From: Deltaproteobacteria bacterium
GTDB lineage: Bacteria > Desulfobacterota > Desulfobacteria > Desulfobacterales > JAUWMJ01
Reading direction: 5' to 3'
NCBI GenBank assembly: GCA_030638575.1
Contig: DAOWEJ010000103.1
Coordinates: forward strand, 5,417-69,416
DNA length: 64,000 nt
Shown here: one piece after another, positions 63,310 to 64,000 of the stretch
How positions within the stretch are numbered: position 1 is the first letter of the stretch
Layout: each line of letters opens with the position of its first letter
The notes under the pieces: model-generated
Database searches by the model: none
What the model was told of the DNA's origin: nothing
The model's input: the letters and a program-made list of their open reading frames with translations, nothing else
Position numbers and translations under genes: made by a program

Positions 63310-64000
63310 TCATGACGCCTTGGCATGGGGGAGGTTTTGGATTTGTTCAATCTCTTGTGTCGATTCGTATCCAAGTTTTTGAGCAGCTTCAAATTCTTTT
63401 AATGCATCCTCGGTTCTGTTTGCCTTGTAGTAAAGTCGGCCGAGTCTGTTCCTGAAAAGACCGTTTTCCGGTGAGATGTCAACGCTCTGCCGGCAAAACA
63501 GAGTTGCAATTTCAAGATTTTCTCCCTGAGCATCAAATAACCAGCCCAGGGAAGAAAGGGAAGCAGCATCATTGGCATTTAGTTTTACCGCCTTTTGATA
63601 TGCTGAGATTGCCTTATCAATCATGTCGAGAGCAGTATAACAATCACCCAGAATGGAAAAAGCAGATCCTGATTTTGGCTTGAGCTTAATTGCTTTTTCA
63701 ATAAATTTTTTACCTTTGTCGGGTTGTTCCATTTCAAGATAAAGCTTTCCGGTTTGAAAGGCTACTTCAAAAATATTTTTGTCAATTTCGTATGCTTTAA
63801 GAAGGTATTCAAGAGCCTCTTTTTTGTTGCCTTTTAGCATATTTGCCATGCCGGCATTATAAGTGGCCATAACCTCATTGCCATTTAAGGAGATGGCTGC
63901 TTTAAATTCCTTGAGTGCTTTTTTATAATCGCAAAGCACGCCATGGCAAACGCCGAGACTGTTGTGAACATTTACATCAGATGGGTCGAATAAAAGTGCT
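63310..64000 (-). CDS. TPR-repeat protein (5' end beyond window)
   Basis: Repeated A-x-x-x-Y-x-K-A-hydrophobic TPR pattern. The frame stays open upstream of the track's GTG, through ...LGVCHGV, to the window edge. Confidence 0.8.
   Translation of the reverse strand, partial: ALLFDPSDVNVHNSLGVCHGVLCDYKKALKEFKAAISLNGNEVMATYNAGMANMLKGNKKEALEYLLKAYEIDKNIFEVAFQTGKLYLEMEQPDKGKKFIEKAIKLKPKSGSAFSILGDCYTALDMIDKAISAYQKAVKLNANDAASLSSLGWLFDAQGENLEIATLFCRQSVDISPENGLFRNRLGRLYYKANRTEDALKEFEAAQKLGYESTQEIEQIQNLPHAKAS

Overview
This looks like a chromosomal segment from a Desulfobacterota-type (deltaproteobacterial, sulfate-reducer-like) genome. That placement is an inference from gene content only: three sigma-54 activators, a FeoB/DtxR iron locus, a fused cobA-hemD next to hemC, and HD-GYP/PilZ/CdaA/cNMP signalling genes. 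I can support about 60 protein genes. They include feoB, a porin-like gene, a DtxR-FeoA fusion, a sigma-54 activator pair, a PilZ-like/HD-GYP operon, tkt, a cdaA-ybbR fusion, and a sigma-54-controlled cluster of CBS-only proteins with a DASS transporter and a ClC channel. They also include a PEP-utilising enzyme with a two-component system and SixA, fabH, a GH13 sugar phosphorylase, an M20-gpgS-moaA operon and a hemC/cobA-hemD/gmhA block. I saw no rRNA, tRNA or CRISPR array by eye. The strongest signal not explained by genes is the repeat load, with at least five families of short non-coding elements. Families A, B and C have terminal inverted repeats and target-site duplications that differ between copies, so they look like MITEs. 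Family D is a set of hairpins whose arms are built from 7-nt tandem units, and one of them encloses a decayed four-helix-bundle (23S-IVS-protein family) gene. Family E is a smaller palindromic element. These elements abut or overlap gene ends and explain several artificial N-terminal extensions in the ORF track. My best candidates for something undescribed are: (1) the two-copy element C, which has a compensated 42-bp stem around a conserved ~150-nt core; (2) the sensor-less sigma-54 activator with a near-consensus -24/-12 promoter and palindromic enhancer driving CBS-only proteins and anion transporters; (3) the split sigma-54 activator pair; and (4) the occupied versus empty heptad-arm hairpins. 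All functional calls come from motif recognition by eye, and no database search was run.
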